Virus record (IMG/VR): IMGVR_UViG_3300029911_000001 | Coordinates: 62,001 to 126,000 of that record | Length of the DNA stretch: 64,000 nucleotides | Reading direction: 5' to 3' (one strand) | Part shown: positions 14,449 to 25,100 of the stretch, in pieces | How positions within the stretch are numbered: position 1 is the first letter of the stretch | Layout: each line of letters opens with the position of its first letter | Made by a program: the position numbers and the translations under genes | The notes under the pieces: generated by a model | What the model was told of the DNA's origin: nothing | What the model saw: only the letters and a program-made list of their open reading frames with translations | The model's database searches: none

Positions 14449-15045
14449 TTAAACCTTTATTGACCAAGAGGTTCCGTCTGCATAGCTGATATGCCCGTCC
14501 TGCGAGAAGGCCCAGCCGGTGAATCCTCCTGAAGAACCTGATGGAGCCACAGGCGGACCTGTAACTAGGGTAGTGCCTAAATCTCCTGTTAGTGTACCCC
14601 CTGTTAGGAGCAAGGCTTCCCCACTGCCCAACGCGAGGATGTCCCAGTCAGGAGGAGAGGAGAGATTGGGAGCTATACCAATCTCTCCATTGGCGATGCA
14701 GATGTAAGAATTGCCGCTATATGACACACAGTCATAGGCATTGTACGTGAGGGTGTCCGACCACGCATTACGCCACGTGAAGCCCTGACCCGTGGCACCA
14801 GTTGCCCCTGTAGCACCTGTGGCTCCGGTTGATCCTGTGGCACCATCCTCTCCAATAGCCCCCATGGGTCCTTGAGAACCGGGGGTGCCCACAGCGAAGG
14901 TTGTCCATGTGGTGCCGAGGTAATACTGAGTTGGGGGCACACCCGTGTTGATAGTCAAGGCTACGTATGACGCCGTAAGATAAAACACGACATCATTTAC
15001 CTGATAGGTTACTCCTGCGCTCCATGCGCCTTGCCAGTTCAACAT
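14449..15045 (-). CDS. Collagen-like repeat / CBM5-12-like fibre protein
   Basis: GxY repeats (GATGSTGATGATG) flanked by W..AW....TY...DVV.Y.G.SY modules. Confidence 0.75.
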   Translation of the reverse strand: MLNWQGAWSAGVTYQVNDVVFYLTASYVALTINTGVPPTQYYLGTTWTTFAVGTPGSQGPMGAIGEDGATGSTGATGATGATGATGQGFTWRNAWSDTLTYNAYDCVSYSGNSYICIANGEIGIAPNLSSPPDWDILALGSGEALLLTGGTLTGDLGTTLVTGPPVAPSGSSGGFTGWAFSQDGHISYADGTSWSIKV

Positions 15046-15087
15046 AATTCACCCCTATAATAAATGGGGGTAGTCAACAAATTTCAC

Positions 15088-15564
15088 TTATACCTGTAAG
15101 TGAGCCTGAAGGAACCAGACATCCTTGTCGGCCTGTCGAACCAGTTCAATGAAGACATCCGCAGAGCCTTGGTCGCCACACCCCAGACACTCTTCAATAG
15201 CTGTCCGCATGGAGTTAGCCGCCTGCCCTATGCGGACAGAGAGGGCGAGAATGTGGTCAGAGCCCTTCACCGTGTCCACCGGGTACTCGGGGATGGTGGA
15301 GTTTACAGCAACCATGCGTGCCGTGCCATAAGCCACACCGCCCAAAGCCGTGATACGTTCTGCGATAATGTCACTAGCCGTTTCCAGATGCTCTGCTACT
15401 GAGTCGAAAAGGAGGTGCAACTCGTAGAAAGCCATACCCTTTACGTTCCAGTGAGCCTGCTTGGCTTGCGTTTTCAGGTCGAGGGTGTCGGCCAGACGTG
15501 CGTTCAGGATAGCCACCACTGTGGTTCGTTGCAGTTCCGGGATGTTGACGGACGTGGGGAACAT
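15088..15564 (-). CDS. dps: Dps (DNA-binding ferritin-like protein)
   Basis: KQAHWNVKG..FYELHLLFD, D.IAERITALGG, DK.VWFLQAH. Confidence 0.92.
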   Translation of the reverse strand: MFPTSVNIPELQRTTVVAILNARLADTLDLKTQAKQAHWNVKGMAFYELHLLFDSVAEHLETASDIIAERITALGGVAYGTARMVAVNSTIPEYPVDTVKGSDHILALSVRIGQAANSMRTAIEECLGCGDQGSADVFIELVRQADKDVWFLQAHLQV

Positions 15565-16050
15565 TTATCCAATCCTTATCTGGTAGTTTGGTGTCTTTCG
15601 TCTCACCATACAGTGACCTTCCCTTTTGAAAAGAGGGATGGATAAGTCAAAGTTTCCTTGGAACGTAAGATAGTAGTTGAGCAGCGGGTCGTACCCCGAG
15701 TCAATCAGCGTCATCATTCCATTCGCAATAGGAGGTGGTGGAGGAGGCTGAGCTATCAAGTAAATCTGTGACGAGGCCAGCAGCGGGTTAGGGGGTGGTG
15801 CCGGGAGTTGATACCATGGCAAACTCAAATTGTAAAATTGCTTACAGAAAAATGAGAAGGCTTCGAAGCAACTCAACTGACCCACGTCGTAGTGAATCAT
15901 GTAAAGAGAGTTGCCATAGAAGGTGGTGGTCTGAACATCTGCGGAGATGCTGGTGACAGCAAGAACCGCACGCTGACCAGTGTCTACGGCACCGTTAGCC
16001 CACGTCTGTTCCTCACCAATCTGAATCGCTAGTATATTCTCAACACTCAT
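15565..16050 (-). CDS. Hypothetical protein
   Basis: 161-aa ORF with Pro-rich linker in the structural gene run. Confidence 0.65.
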   Translation of the reverse strand: MSVENILAIQIGEEQTWANGAVDTGQRAVLAVTSISADVQTTTFYGNSLYMIHYDVGQLSCFEAFSFFCKQFYNLSLPWYQLPAPPPNPLLASSQIYLIAQPPPPPPIANGMMTLIDSGYDPLLNYYLTFQGNFDLSIPLFKREGHCMVRRKTPNYQIRIG

Positions 16051-16059
16051 AATTTAGGG

Positions 16060-16728
16060 TCAGAAACTTACAATCCAAGAAAAAATAACGGGAACGCCCG
16101 GAGGGAGGAGTAAGGGAGGAAGTGTCTTGTAGTTTATTAATGTAACTGTGTTCGTCGCCGCAGCCACATTGGCATAAGTCGTGGGATCACCTGAAAAGTA
16201 AGGAGCCGTCTGCATGTTGGTGCTTTGGCTGGCTGAGCCGCCGCCAATAAGCCCCATCTCACGGATGCCCTGCGTGAGGTTGTCAGTCGTAGCGTTCACC
16301 GTACATTGGAAATTTACATAGGTGGATAGGGTATTAGCCGTCCAGCCACCAGATGGGTCAGGCTGAACAAAGTTGATGCGAGATAGAGGCTTGCGAATCA
16401 ACTCCTGAATGAGGGAGGTCTGAACTGGAGTCTCCTGAGGTTGAGTCTCGGGAGCCCACGTGGGAGAACCGGCACCGAGAGCCAAGCCCCACACCGAGTA
16501 CAGAGGCTCGTGACCAAGCGGGTAGGGGGGATTGGGGTCGGTGGGATTGACGTTGGCCATCAAACGGGAGAACAGCCATTTAGTTACATTCACAATGGTA
16601 TTGTGTGTTTCAAATAGTATCTCTCCAGTGTCCTCGCGAGATACTCGGATGTTAGTGGAGGGAGAATATTTCTTGAAATCTTCAAGCTGCATTTGACTGC
16701 TCCAAGTACACTTGGGGTTTTGGCTCAC
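16060..16728 (-). CDS. Putative tail/baseplate-proximal structural protein
   Basis: HNTIVN...LALGAG...IREMGLIGG...W.VSF, typical of tail-collar/baseplate proteins; true start perhaps at 16692. Confidence 0.6.
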   Translation of the reverse strand: MSQNPKCTWSSQMQLEDFKKYSPSTNIRVSREDTGEILFETHNTIVNVTKWLFSRLMANVNPTDPNPPYPLGHEPLYSVWGLALGAGSPTWAPETQPQETPVQTSLIQELIRKPLSRINFVQPDPSGGWTANTLSTYVNFQCTVNATTDNLTQGIREMGLIGGGSASQSTNMQTAPYFSGDPTTYANVAAATNTVTLINYKTLPPLLLPPGVPVIFSWIVSF

Positions 16729-17422
16729 TAAATGGGACGCCCTTAGTCGCCGCCCAACGCTTCCTCACACACCAAGAGTTAAATTCAGGGCTACGTTCCC
16801 TGTTACGTGCAGACCGCTTTTGCCTTGTTTCTTCAGAGACAGGTCTACCAATTGCCTTCTGTCGAATCTTTTCTATTGCAGAATCTGAGGGTCTGCCGGG
16901 GCGGAGGTGCCCCTGTAGTAGGGATGTATAGCCATTACGTTGCAATTGACTTAAACACTCAGGTCGTTTAGCACGCTGCTTAGCTGAAACCGACATCCGA
17001 GCCTTGGCTTGTTCTGATTTTGCTACACCTTTCAAAGCAGTCGATAGTTTGGGGAACTTTTTGCCTAACTTAGCTGCGGATATACGCCGACCGGTTTCTA
17101 CTGGTCGTTTCTGACTTCGCCACTCACCCGGTAGTCTGTTCGCCCCTTCCCAGCCGCCAGCACCCCCATCAATCAGGTTGTAACAAAAGGGGTCGCCCTT
17201 TAGTACGGTAAGGAGTTCAAACTCCTTACCATAGGCCGAGGTAGAATCTGGGTAGATAAACAAAATGGACTTCTGAAACTCATGGACGCCATACTTAGCT
17301 ATCGCCTTTTTCAGGATAGAACCGGAACCCAGATACCTGTCATATGGGTCTTTAGTCTTATGGACGCCGATGTAATAACGGCCATTCACAAGGTTGGTCG
17401 TCTTGTATACCGTATAAACCAT
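16682..17422 (-). CDS. GIY-YIG homing endonuclease (Seg-like, NUMOD3 repeats)
   Basis: VYKTTNLVNGRYYIGVH...YLGSG..LKKAIAKYG...YNL..GG.GG. Confidence 0.9.
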   Translation of the reverse strand: MVYTVYKTTNLVNGRYYIGVHKTKDPYDRYLGSGSILKKAIAKYGVHEFQKSILFIYPDSTSAYGKEFELLTVLKGDPFCYNLIDGGAGGWEGANRLPGEWRSQKRPVETGRRISAAKLGKKFPKLSTALKGVAKSEQAKARMSVSAKQRAKRPECLSQLQRNGYTSLLQGHLRPGRPSDSAIEKIRQKAIGRPVSEETRQKRSARNRERSPEFNSWCVRKRWAATKGVPFSEPKPQVYLEQSNAA

Positions 17423-17643
17423 CAGTTCAATTCAACAATCGTGCCGACGTTGGACTTCACAGGCAAGTCCTTGCGGTTGTTCAGCGTGGTGAAAACCCGC
17501 CTGATGCGAAAGTACGGATTCTCTTCCAAAATCTTTACACCACGGCCCACGGCGATGTGGACGTTGAGTGAGTTGTGCCCGTGCTCTAGCCAGTAGACGC
17601 GGACTTCGTTATTCTGAGAAACAAGTTCGACCTGAGTAAACAT
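17422..17643 (-). CDS. Hypothetical protein
   Basis: 73-aa ORF, GAGG RBS, coupled to the next gene. Confidence 0.6.
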   Translation of the reverse strand: MFTQVELVSQNNEVRVYWLEHGHNSLNVHIAVGRGVKILEENPYFRIRRVFTTLNNRKDLPVKSNVGTIVELN

Positions 17644-17653
17644 AGTTAGACCT

Positions 17654-19339
17654 CTATCCCTTATTACTCACGGCGTCGATAATCTGACGGATGATTGCTC
17701 CCGAATTCTCAAACAAAGCGAGTAGGCCGGGGTGGAAATGACCGGGGTGCTCCTCAACCTCATACTTAAGGTCTTCCAAAGAGAACCATTTAATCTCATC
17801 GGTCTCGTCCGCGAAGTCCAAGTTGGCCGAGCCACCCGGCATCGGGTTCAGGCCGAACTCAGTGGGCACGAGGCCGAGGAAGTTGAAATACCTGAATGAC
17901 CCATCGGTGAAGACGAAGGCAGGAATGAGACGAATACCGCCCTTGTAACCAACCTCTTCCATCATCTCGTGTCGAGCACTCTCAGCCGGGGACTTGCCCT
18001 TCTGGATACCGCCCCCGATGGTTCCCCAGCAGTCCCCACCATTCATCTCAGCGTTACGCCAAGCCAAACAGATGCGACCCGTGGTCGTGCAGATAGGGAG
18101 AATACCTGAAGCTGCACCCCCGGCACCAACCCAGTAGCCGTTCTCATCTTCGTAACCCTTTTTCACAGTCGATGTCTTAGACTGGGCCTCGTTACCGTCT
18201 GGGGTGTTGTCTTCGCCTTCTTCAAGCTGCTCGTTCTTCTCGTCGTCCGGCGTGAGGTCGGTGGTCGGGTTGACTTCGGTTTCAGATGGTTCGATAACCT
18301 CATTGCCCTGCTCGTCCACAGCTTCCGCCGCGTCAGAGGATTCAGGGATGTCTTCCTTGTCGAGAATTGTCCAGTCGATGTAGTAAGTCGGAACCGGGTA
18401 GTTGCCTTCCTTCAGTTCTTCAATCGAAGGGAAGTCAGAGAAGGACACGCAGCGGCCATCGGTGAACTTCACGACCCACTCTTGCTTCTCATCCTTCTCG
18501 TTGATGTAGATAGCCATGTCATCGCTGAGGGTGCCGTATGGAGTGAAGTGCTCGTCACCCACGTAGATGCTCTTGGGGATGCCCTTAACGTTGGTTGTCT
18601 TCATCTCAACGTCGTTGTCAAACTTTACCGTAGGAGTGTACTCTGGTCTCGTTGAACCTCGCTTGCCTCTACCTTTGGGGTAGATGGTGTTGAGCAATTC
18701 ATTCTTGAAGCTACCACCCCCCAGAGGAATCGTGGCGGTGGGCTTGCCCCACTGGTCGTACACAATGAGGTACATTGGACGCGGCTGATTCTTGATGGTG
18801 CGGCTGCGGAAGTTCTGAATGATCTTACGTGCATCCTGCACCGTAGTCTTGGACGGCTTGTCGTAAGTCAACTCCAAGTGACGAACCGTCGGTGGACGCT
18901 TGAGTGTCTTTCCTGAAGAAGCGGTGACCACCTTGTCATAGGTTTCATTGACAAAGGACATGGGCAGTTTGAACGTACCTTCGAAGCTCTTCACGGTCGG
19001 GTCTTTGCTGATAGGAGACATGGACTTGTTAGTATCCGCTTCGCCCGTCATACCCTTGAAACAATTCAGCGTGGCAGCATAGACCTGCACGATGATGGCT
19101 TGCTCGTACCCAGCCGTAATCATGAAGGACGACATCTCGTCAAGCAGCACGTGGATGGCTTCGGCAACAAGACCACTCATCGAGTTTGGTTTGTCTTCCA
19201 CCAGCGGGAACTTCATAGAAAACACAGTAAAATTGGGAATTCCGAGGTCAAGGGAGATGAGGGCATAGGGCCGCGCATCTCGTATGATTGAAATGTCAAG
19301 GTTTCCGGTCGCTGGACTTAAGTAAGAGTTCTTATCCAT
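17654..19339 (-). CDS. Protein with C-terminal Nudix hydrolase domain
   Basis: Nudix box GGGIQKGKSPAESARHEMMEEVG after an acidic linker. Confidence 0.8.
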   Translation of the reverse strand: MDKNSYLSPATGNLDISIIRDARPYALISLDLGIPNFTVFSMKFPLVEDKPNSMSGLVAEAIHVLLDEMSSFMITAGYEQAIIVQVYAATLNCFKGMTGEADTNKSMSPISKDPTVKSFEGTFKLPMSFVNETYDKVVTASSGKTLKRPPTVRHLELTYDKPSKTTVQDARKIIQNFRSRTIKNQPRPMYLIVYDQWGKPTATIPLGGGSFKNELLNTIYPKGRGKRGSTRPEYTPTVKFDNDVEMKTTNVKGIPKSIYVGDEHFTPYGTLSDDMAIYINEKDEKQEWVVKFTDGRCVSFSDFPSIEELKEGNYPVPTYYIDWTILDKEDIPESSDAAEAVDEQGNEVIEPSETEVNPTTDLTPDDEKNEQLEEGEDNTPDGNEAQSKTSTVKKGYEDENGYWVGAGGAASGILPICTTTGRICLAWRNAEMNGGDCWGTIGGGIQKGKSPAESARHEMMEEVGYKGGIRLIPAFVFTDGSFRYFNFLGLVPTEFGLNPMPGGSANLDFADETDEIKWFSLEDLKYEVEEHPGHFHPGLLALFENSGAIIRQIIDAVSNKG

Positions 19340-19431
19340 ACACTAAGCTATTTAATAGTTCACTAATGGGTGGTCAGAGCTTTGTTTACACGGACACGAT
19401 TTGATGTATTATTGGGGGTCACAGGATGAGG

Positions 19432-22140
19432 CTACTCCTCGTAAGATGAGAAGAAGTCGCCACCAGAAATTTCCCAACAGAGGTCAGTTCTGGGCGCAAG
19501 CAACCCCATGGGGTGTGTGACATCCCAGTTCGCCACTTCACCCGTGACATTGTTAGTCGAGTCCACCACCGCAATCCATTTGCTGGGGTCGGTGTAAGGG
19601 TTTGAACCGAAGCACTGCCAGACAATCGTGCCATCGTAAGTCGGCACAGTCTTGGACTGGCTGAAGCCGATGCGTGCTGTTGCCGAACCTTCCAACTGTG
19701 TCTCTGAATTGTAGTCAGCGTGAACCAAAGTCATGATAATGCTGGAGCCACTGAATGCAACTACGGGCAGCGTGAGTCCATTGAGAAACGTGGCGAACGA
19801 GAATCCGAGCAAGGTGATGAGACTGACATCATTTACCAAACCCATTCCCGCTGTGCTGTTCACAACCAACGTGAGCAGGTTGTTAGAAATACTGACAGCA
19901 TCAAACGTTGTCGCAACTGTCGCAACCGGTGATGTGAGACCCGGAGACGGAGGAGACTGAGGGGGCGACTGCGGCGATGAGCCCGAGTTTGCAATCTGGA
20001 GACTGCCGTTATTGTCAATCATCAACTGTCCTGTGTAAAAGTTAGTGCTAGGTGCCCACTGGCGAATGCCAGCAACGTAGAGACCGTTCTGTGCGAGGTA
20101 GTAAGCCTGATAGATTGATGGGGACGACAGCGGTGTCCAGTAGGTCTGGTTGGTGTCCCCAATAGGGTCTTGCCCTGTGCTCTTTTTCTTGGCACGATAC
20201 AACTGCCAACCACCCGGTGTCCATACCCCCGCGTTGAAACTACCATCCTCTCCCCAGTACCGGCCACGCACGAGCGTGCCCTTGGGGTACGTGACAGTGG
20301 TGTCCCATACAGTAGGAGACGCATTCAACTGCTGCCAACTTGAGACCATGATAGGCGTGAGCACACGACGACCATATGCAGCCAACGTTGTGGTTGGGTT
20401 AGCCGGGTCGAATGTAGGAGCCTGATACAGCATCGGGTCGAACGGAGGCTCTTCCACTTGCTGAATAAGGATTTCCAACGTGTCGTCAATGCCAGTTCCC
20501 ACGCAATTCAGGTTCTGATAGTAGCTCTGATAGTACGGCTGCTGTGAAATTGGTAGAGCAGCATAGGCCGCAATCGTAATCTCGGGCGTACCGATGTTTA
20601 TCCACACCAAATATGATGGGGGGCTAGTTGGAGGGCTCGATAGACCATCCTCAGTTGTCCCTTGTAGGGTAGGGTTCCAAGTGGGCTTGATGGTACCAGA
20701 GACCCCGCCTACAAGGGTCAGTTGAACGTTACCGTTCGAGTCCTGAATGATAGTGCCAGCCGGGAAGTTGGTTGTGGCAATCCAGCCCTGATAAATCTGC
20801 GTGGTAAGCGTGTAAGCGATGAGGGAGTAGTACGCTGCCTGTGCTGCTGGTAAGGTAGCTAACTGATACTGGGTCAGATACCGTGGGCTGATGAAGCAGT
20901 TCACGTTCTCATCACCAAATGCACCAAATACTGTGGTGAACTCAAGACCAACGTGGGCTGGCTTGGCGAGGTCAATGGCAGTGTAGAGAGAGTTGGTAAT
21001 TTGCTGCAACTCAGCGAGGCTTTGGATGTCTGTAAGAGGGTCGTCTCCACCAACGTTTACGCTAACTGCGATGGCGTTCCGGTCGCTCTGGTCATAAAAC
21101 CCACCAGTCGTAATTTGCTTGTACAGTTCCTCCACGATGATGTTCTTGCCCGTGTAGGCGTAGATAACATCCTGAACAGACTTAGCTGTCGCACCTTCCT
21201 GATATGCGCTCAGGAGGTCAACCAACATATCACGATAGCCCACTGGGTATGCCAGCGGAGAAGGGGCTTGACCGTAATTTGTCCAGACAACCGAACCATC
21301 GGTTGTAATCCCACCGAGTTCAAGAGACCATGAAGGCTGAGATGATGCCGTTGCGCCCGGAGTTGTCGCTACCTGCAAGTTGCCATTGCTGTCAACAATC
21401 ACCGCGTTGGCGATGAAGCCGGTGTTTCCTGCCCATACCAAGAACCCTGCACCCTCAGCGCCAAAATCACCCATGTCAAACTGAGTCTGCTGTTGGAACG
21501 TGCCGGTAACAAACAGAGGATCAGCATACTCACGCTTGATGTCCGGGGGAGTAAGATACACCGGGTTCTTGGCTACAATGTCGTACGAGTACATGTACTC
21601 GATACGAGCCAGTTCCATTGCGATGGCACGGATGAATGCACCCCAAAGGCTCTGGTCGTTTCGCGTAGTGTAGAAGTTGGCGACTGCACTGATGAGGGAA
21701 CGATACCGTGCGTCCTCCAACTGAATGAGGTCTTCGCGAGAGCGAAGGTAGTATTGGTCTTCCTGAGTAACAACAGGAACCATCACCCACACAGTGGTGC
21801 CCGGCAGGGACGGCTGATGCTGTGGTTCAGCGCGACGGTGGTGGTGATGGTGCTGATGCTGTTTGCGCGGCTGCCATGGCTGGAGAGGGCGTTTATGCCG
21901 ACGATCCCGGTGGTCCGCGCCCAGGAACACGTCCTTGAACTGGTTCATCCCCGCGTGCTGCACGGACCCGGCGGGAATTGCCGTCGATCCAGCAGGCAAC
22001 GTGTGGGTGGCGGGATTCTGATTGAATGATCCACCCCTGCTCGTACAGATGTACGATTGGCTACTATACTGTACTGAGTCAAGGTAACTATACTCTGTGG
22101 TAGCAGACCAAGTTCCTCGCGGGTTGTAAATTGGCGTCAT
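19432..22140 (-). CDS. Putative baseplate wedge/tail protein with carbohydrate-binding-like repeats
   Basis: Follows baseplate J; IDLAKPAHV motif; repeated W......Y..G..I.D.NG..Q...TTDG.VVW modules. Confidence 0.7.
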   Translation of the reverse strand: MTPIYNPRGTWSATTEYSYLDSVQYSSQSYICTSRGGSFNQNPATHTLPAGSTAIPAGSVQHAGMNQFKDVFLGADHRDRRHKRPLQPWQPRKQHQHHHHHRRAEPQHQPSLPGTTVWVMVPVVTQEDQYYLRSREDLIQLEDARYRSLISAVANFYTTRNDQSLWGAFIRAIAMELARIEYMYSYDIVAKNPVYLTPPDIKREYADPLFVTGTFQQQTQFDMGDFGAEGAGFLVWAGNTGFIANAVIVDSNGNLQVATTPGATASSQPSWSLELGGITTDGSVVWTNYGQAPSPLAYPVGYRDMLVDLLSAYQEGATAKSVQDVIYAYTGKNIIVEELYKQITTGGFYDQSDRNAIAVSVNVGGDDPLTDIQSLAELQQITNSLYTAIDLAKPAHVGLEFTTVFGAFGDENVNCFISPRYLTQYQLATLPAAQAAYYSLIAYTLTTQIYQGWIATTNFPAGTIIQDSNGNVQLTLVGGVSGTIKPTWNPTLQGTTEDGLSSPPTSPPSYLVWINIGTPEITIAAYAALPISQQPYYQSYYQNLNCVGTGIDDTLEILIQQVEEPPFDPMLYQAPTFDPANPTTTLAAYGRRVLTPIMVSSWQQLNASPTVWDTTVTYPKGTLVRGRYWGEDGSFNAGVWTPGGWQLYRAKKKSTGQDPIGDTNQTYWTPLSSPSIYQAYYLAQNGLYVAGIRQWAPSTNFYTGQLMIDNNGSLQIANSGSSPQSPPQSPPSPGLTSPVATVATTFDAVSISNNLLTLVVNSTAGMGLVNDVSLITLLGFSFATFLNGLTLPVVAFSGSSIIMTLVHADYNSETQLEGSATARIGFSQSKTVPTYDGTIVWQCFGSNPYTDPSKWIAVVDSTNNVTGEVANWDVTHPMGLLAPRTDLCWEISGGDFFSSYEE

Positions 22141-22143
22141 GCT

Positions 22144-25100
22144 TTAGCTCCCAGTCAGATAGCTCAGAGTGATTTTTCCGGGAACAATGTACTCGGTGGA
22201 CGACATGGTTATGTCAGTTGCAGAGCCTGATCCAAACACTTGATAAGTGCAGAAGAACGAGTACAGGGATGGGTTGATGGTCTTGCTTGGAAGGGTAATG
22301 ATGACCCTCTGAGCGTAGGTCGAAGGTAGCGGGTTCGTCGGTGTGATGGAGTCTCCAGTACCGATGATGTAGAAGGAGCCAGACACCGACATTGGAGGCA
22401 GACCCACCGCAGCCGCCGGAGTTACCGCAGTCGAGAGGAAGCTCTGAATCGAGGTTGTACGTGCGTACGCCTGACCTTGATAGAGGAAGCCAACGAACGC
22501 ATCAACTTCGCCTCCCGAAGGAATCGTGCTGTCGGGAAGAACCGCACTCTGCGTGATGAAGCTATTGGCCGGAGTGGCCAAGCCAGCGAATGCGGGGTCG
22601 GAGGACAAAGGAATCCATGTTGTGTTGGTTGGGATGACTACACCTATGTCATAGGAGCCGTCGCTCTTGGCACACTTCACCAACGGTAGGTTGACATTCT
22701 GCACACCAGTCACGCCCATGACCTGCTGAACAAGTTCAGACTGGTACAACGTCGTAGTGGCGTTGTCCATAACAAGATCAATGGTGGAGCGGATAATAGG
22801 ATCAAGCGTGTCCGATGAGGCGTTAGGAGACAAGATCACTGTCATCGTAACGTCCACAGGGGTAGCAACCATGGACTTCACCAGAACATCTGCCGCCGCG
22901 TGCTTGAAGGTGGTAACTTGATTTGCGAGAATTTCTACAAAAGCCGGGTACTCAGTCGCAAAGGTGAACGCTTCTGTGATGAAGTACTCGACTGTAACCT
23001 GTCCACCATCCGGGATGCGGGTGGTTTCAATGTTAGCTGCCGAGCGTGCAATTGCAGCCGTGCCAGAAAGGGGGTCTACAGTGAGAACAAAGTCGGTGTT
23101 CTCCTTCATAATTGTGCCGTTGTAAGTTACCTTGATGTACCGGCTGTCATGCGGTATCAGAGCCCCGATAAGACCCGTTGAAAGCGACAGGTTGATGGTG
23201 CCGTCCGAGTTGTACACCGCACCATCCAAGGTGAGCGTGGTGTTGCCATAACTCTCCGGGAGCCACGTGTTGTAGACGAAACCTTGATTGTCCAGCACTG
23301 AGTAGGAAGTCCCGGTCAACGTCTGCGTCTCCCCTGAAATGAGAGACACCTTCTCATTTATGGTGAACTTGTTATACGTTACCGAAATCTTCTGGTTGTT
23401 CTGAATCGTGCTACCTGTTAATGGTTGTATTCCATACGTATGGTATGAACCTGTGGCTAGGATAGTATAGTCTGTGCCGAAGCCGTACAGAGTTGACAAG
23501 TCGCTCGAACGAACCGACACCACGTTCCCCGGTGTGCCACTGGTGTTGGACACATCCATCGCTGAGTCAATCGTGACCGGCTGACCCAGAAGTGCTGTGA
23601 TGGTTGCTGTTAGGGGAGCACTCGCTGCGGTCGAAACCTGCACAACATCCCCTGCCTGATTGGAACCGCCGTTGAGTAGGAAGTCTGATGTGTGAACAAG
23701 GTTGATGAGAGCCGTAGGAACGGCAGCAGTCTGAGTTGGCTGACCGATAACCGAGTTCACTGACACAATTGGCTGAAGGGCTGGGGTGTCAGACAGGGGG
23801 GACTGGTAACGTGCCAGTAACTGTAACGTCGTGTTACCCCCCTGAGATAGGTTGGATACCGCCGCCGCGTTGGTGGCCGGGACGCCGTTGAGCAGCAACG
23901 GCACCGACACCTGAGTGAACTGGTCACCGACAATCTGGTATGCCATGTCATTCGGGTTGAGGATGATGTAGCCATTCACATTGTCAAATTGAGCACGCTC
24001 CAAGCCGAGGTAGAAACTACCTGTGAGACGAGTTACAAGGAGAGTCACACCCTGATAGAGAGGGAAGGACAGTGTGGAGAAATTTGGAATCTGGAAACGC
24101 AAAGTACTTGCGTTGAAAGAGCCCAACGTGAGGTATGACGTAGGTGTGCCGAAAGTGCCGGTGTTCTGGTACTGGAATGCTACAACTTCATCCTGCTCCG
24201 AGAAATTGATGCCACGGGTGTAGATGTCAACGCAGCCGTACACGTGCTTCTGACGGAGGTAGTCCCAATCCCGCAGCATCTCAGTGTCTCCCGCTGCCAC
24301 AACAGTTGCCGCCACGATTCCGGGAGTTGCGAGAGCGGTATTAAGGTACCCATTGCGAGTACCAGAGTCAACACCAGTGATGAGACGGTTCTCGATACGA
24401 GCCGCGTACTTAGAGTTCAACTCATCGTCCAAACCAAAGGCGGCAGAATCTGGGTTGGTGCAGTACCAGCCTGATGGAGCCCCCGAGCCAATGGTTCTTA
24501 TGGTTCCCGCACCAGCGTTGGTATTGATGCCAGCCGACTGACAGGAAGCCGGTACGCTAATTGACCACCACTGATTGATGGGGTCGTAGAAAGTGCTTGC
24601 TGAGTTTGCTGTGATGGTTGCGGAGCCAGTTGTGGTGAAGGTGAGCGAGGGGGTCTGCGCATCTGGCACTGTCTGAACTGTAAGTCCAATGGGGAAAGCT
24701 ACTGTTCCTGTGGGCTTGGTGTATGTATAAAACGTGAGTTGAACAACAGAGCTTGTTGCCCCGAGACGAGGGATACCCGCTCGTTCCCCCAGAATGTTAA
24801 ACTGTTGGTCGATGAGTGTTTGAGTGTCGGCGGGATTCAACCCATAAGCACGGGCAAGCTGCTGCTTGATGGGAGACGAGGTGTATGGGTCGCTATAGCC
24901 ATTCCCGCTCACATTATCCACTTGCGACAAGGCGGAGACCGACTGGCTCACACGAGAGAACCACTCACGTACACTCAAGTTGGCAAGCTCGATGGATACA
25001 GGGTCAATCATCAAATCGCGTAGCTCAGAGCGTGGCGATAAGTCAAGGTTCGGGTAGTTTCTCGTAACTTGCTGAATCAAACGAGAGGCGATGTCTTCCT

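Noticed and set aside
14790-14850. Nucleotide tandem repeat
   Set aside because: Explained by collagen-like GAT/GST codons
16682-17422. Group I intron hosting the GIY-YIG gene (also considered for 50443-51093)
   Set aside because: Flanking genes appear complete and abut or overlap the endonuclease; no space or motifs for an intron core were seen
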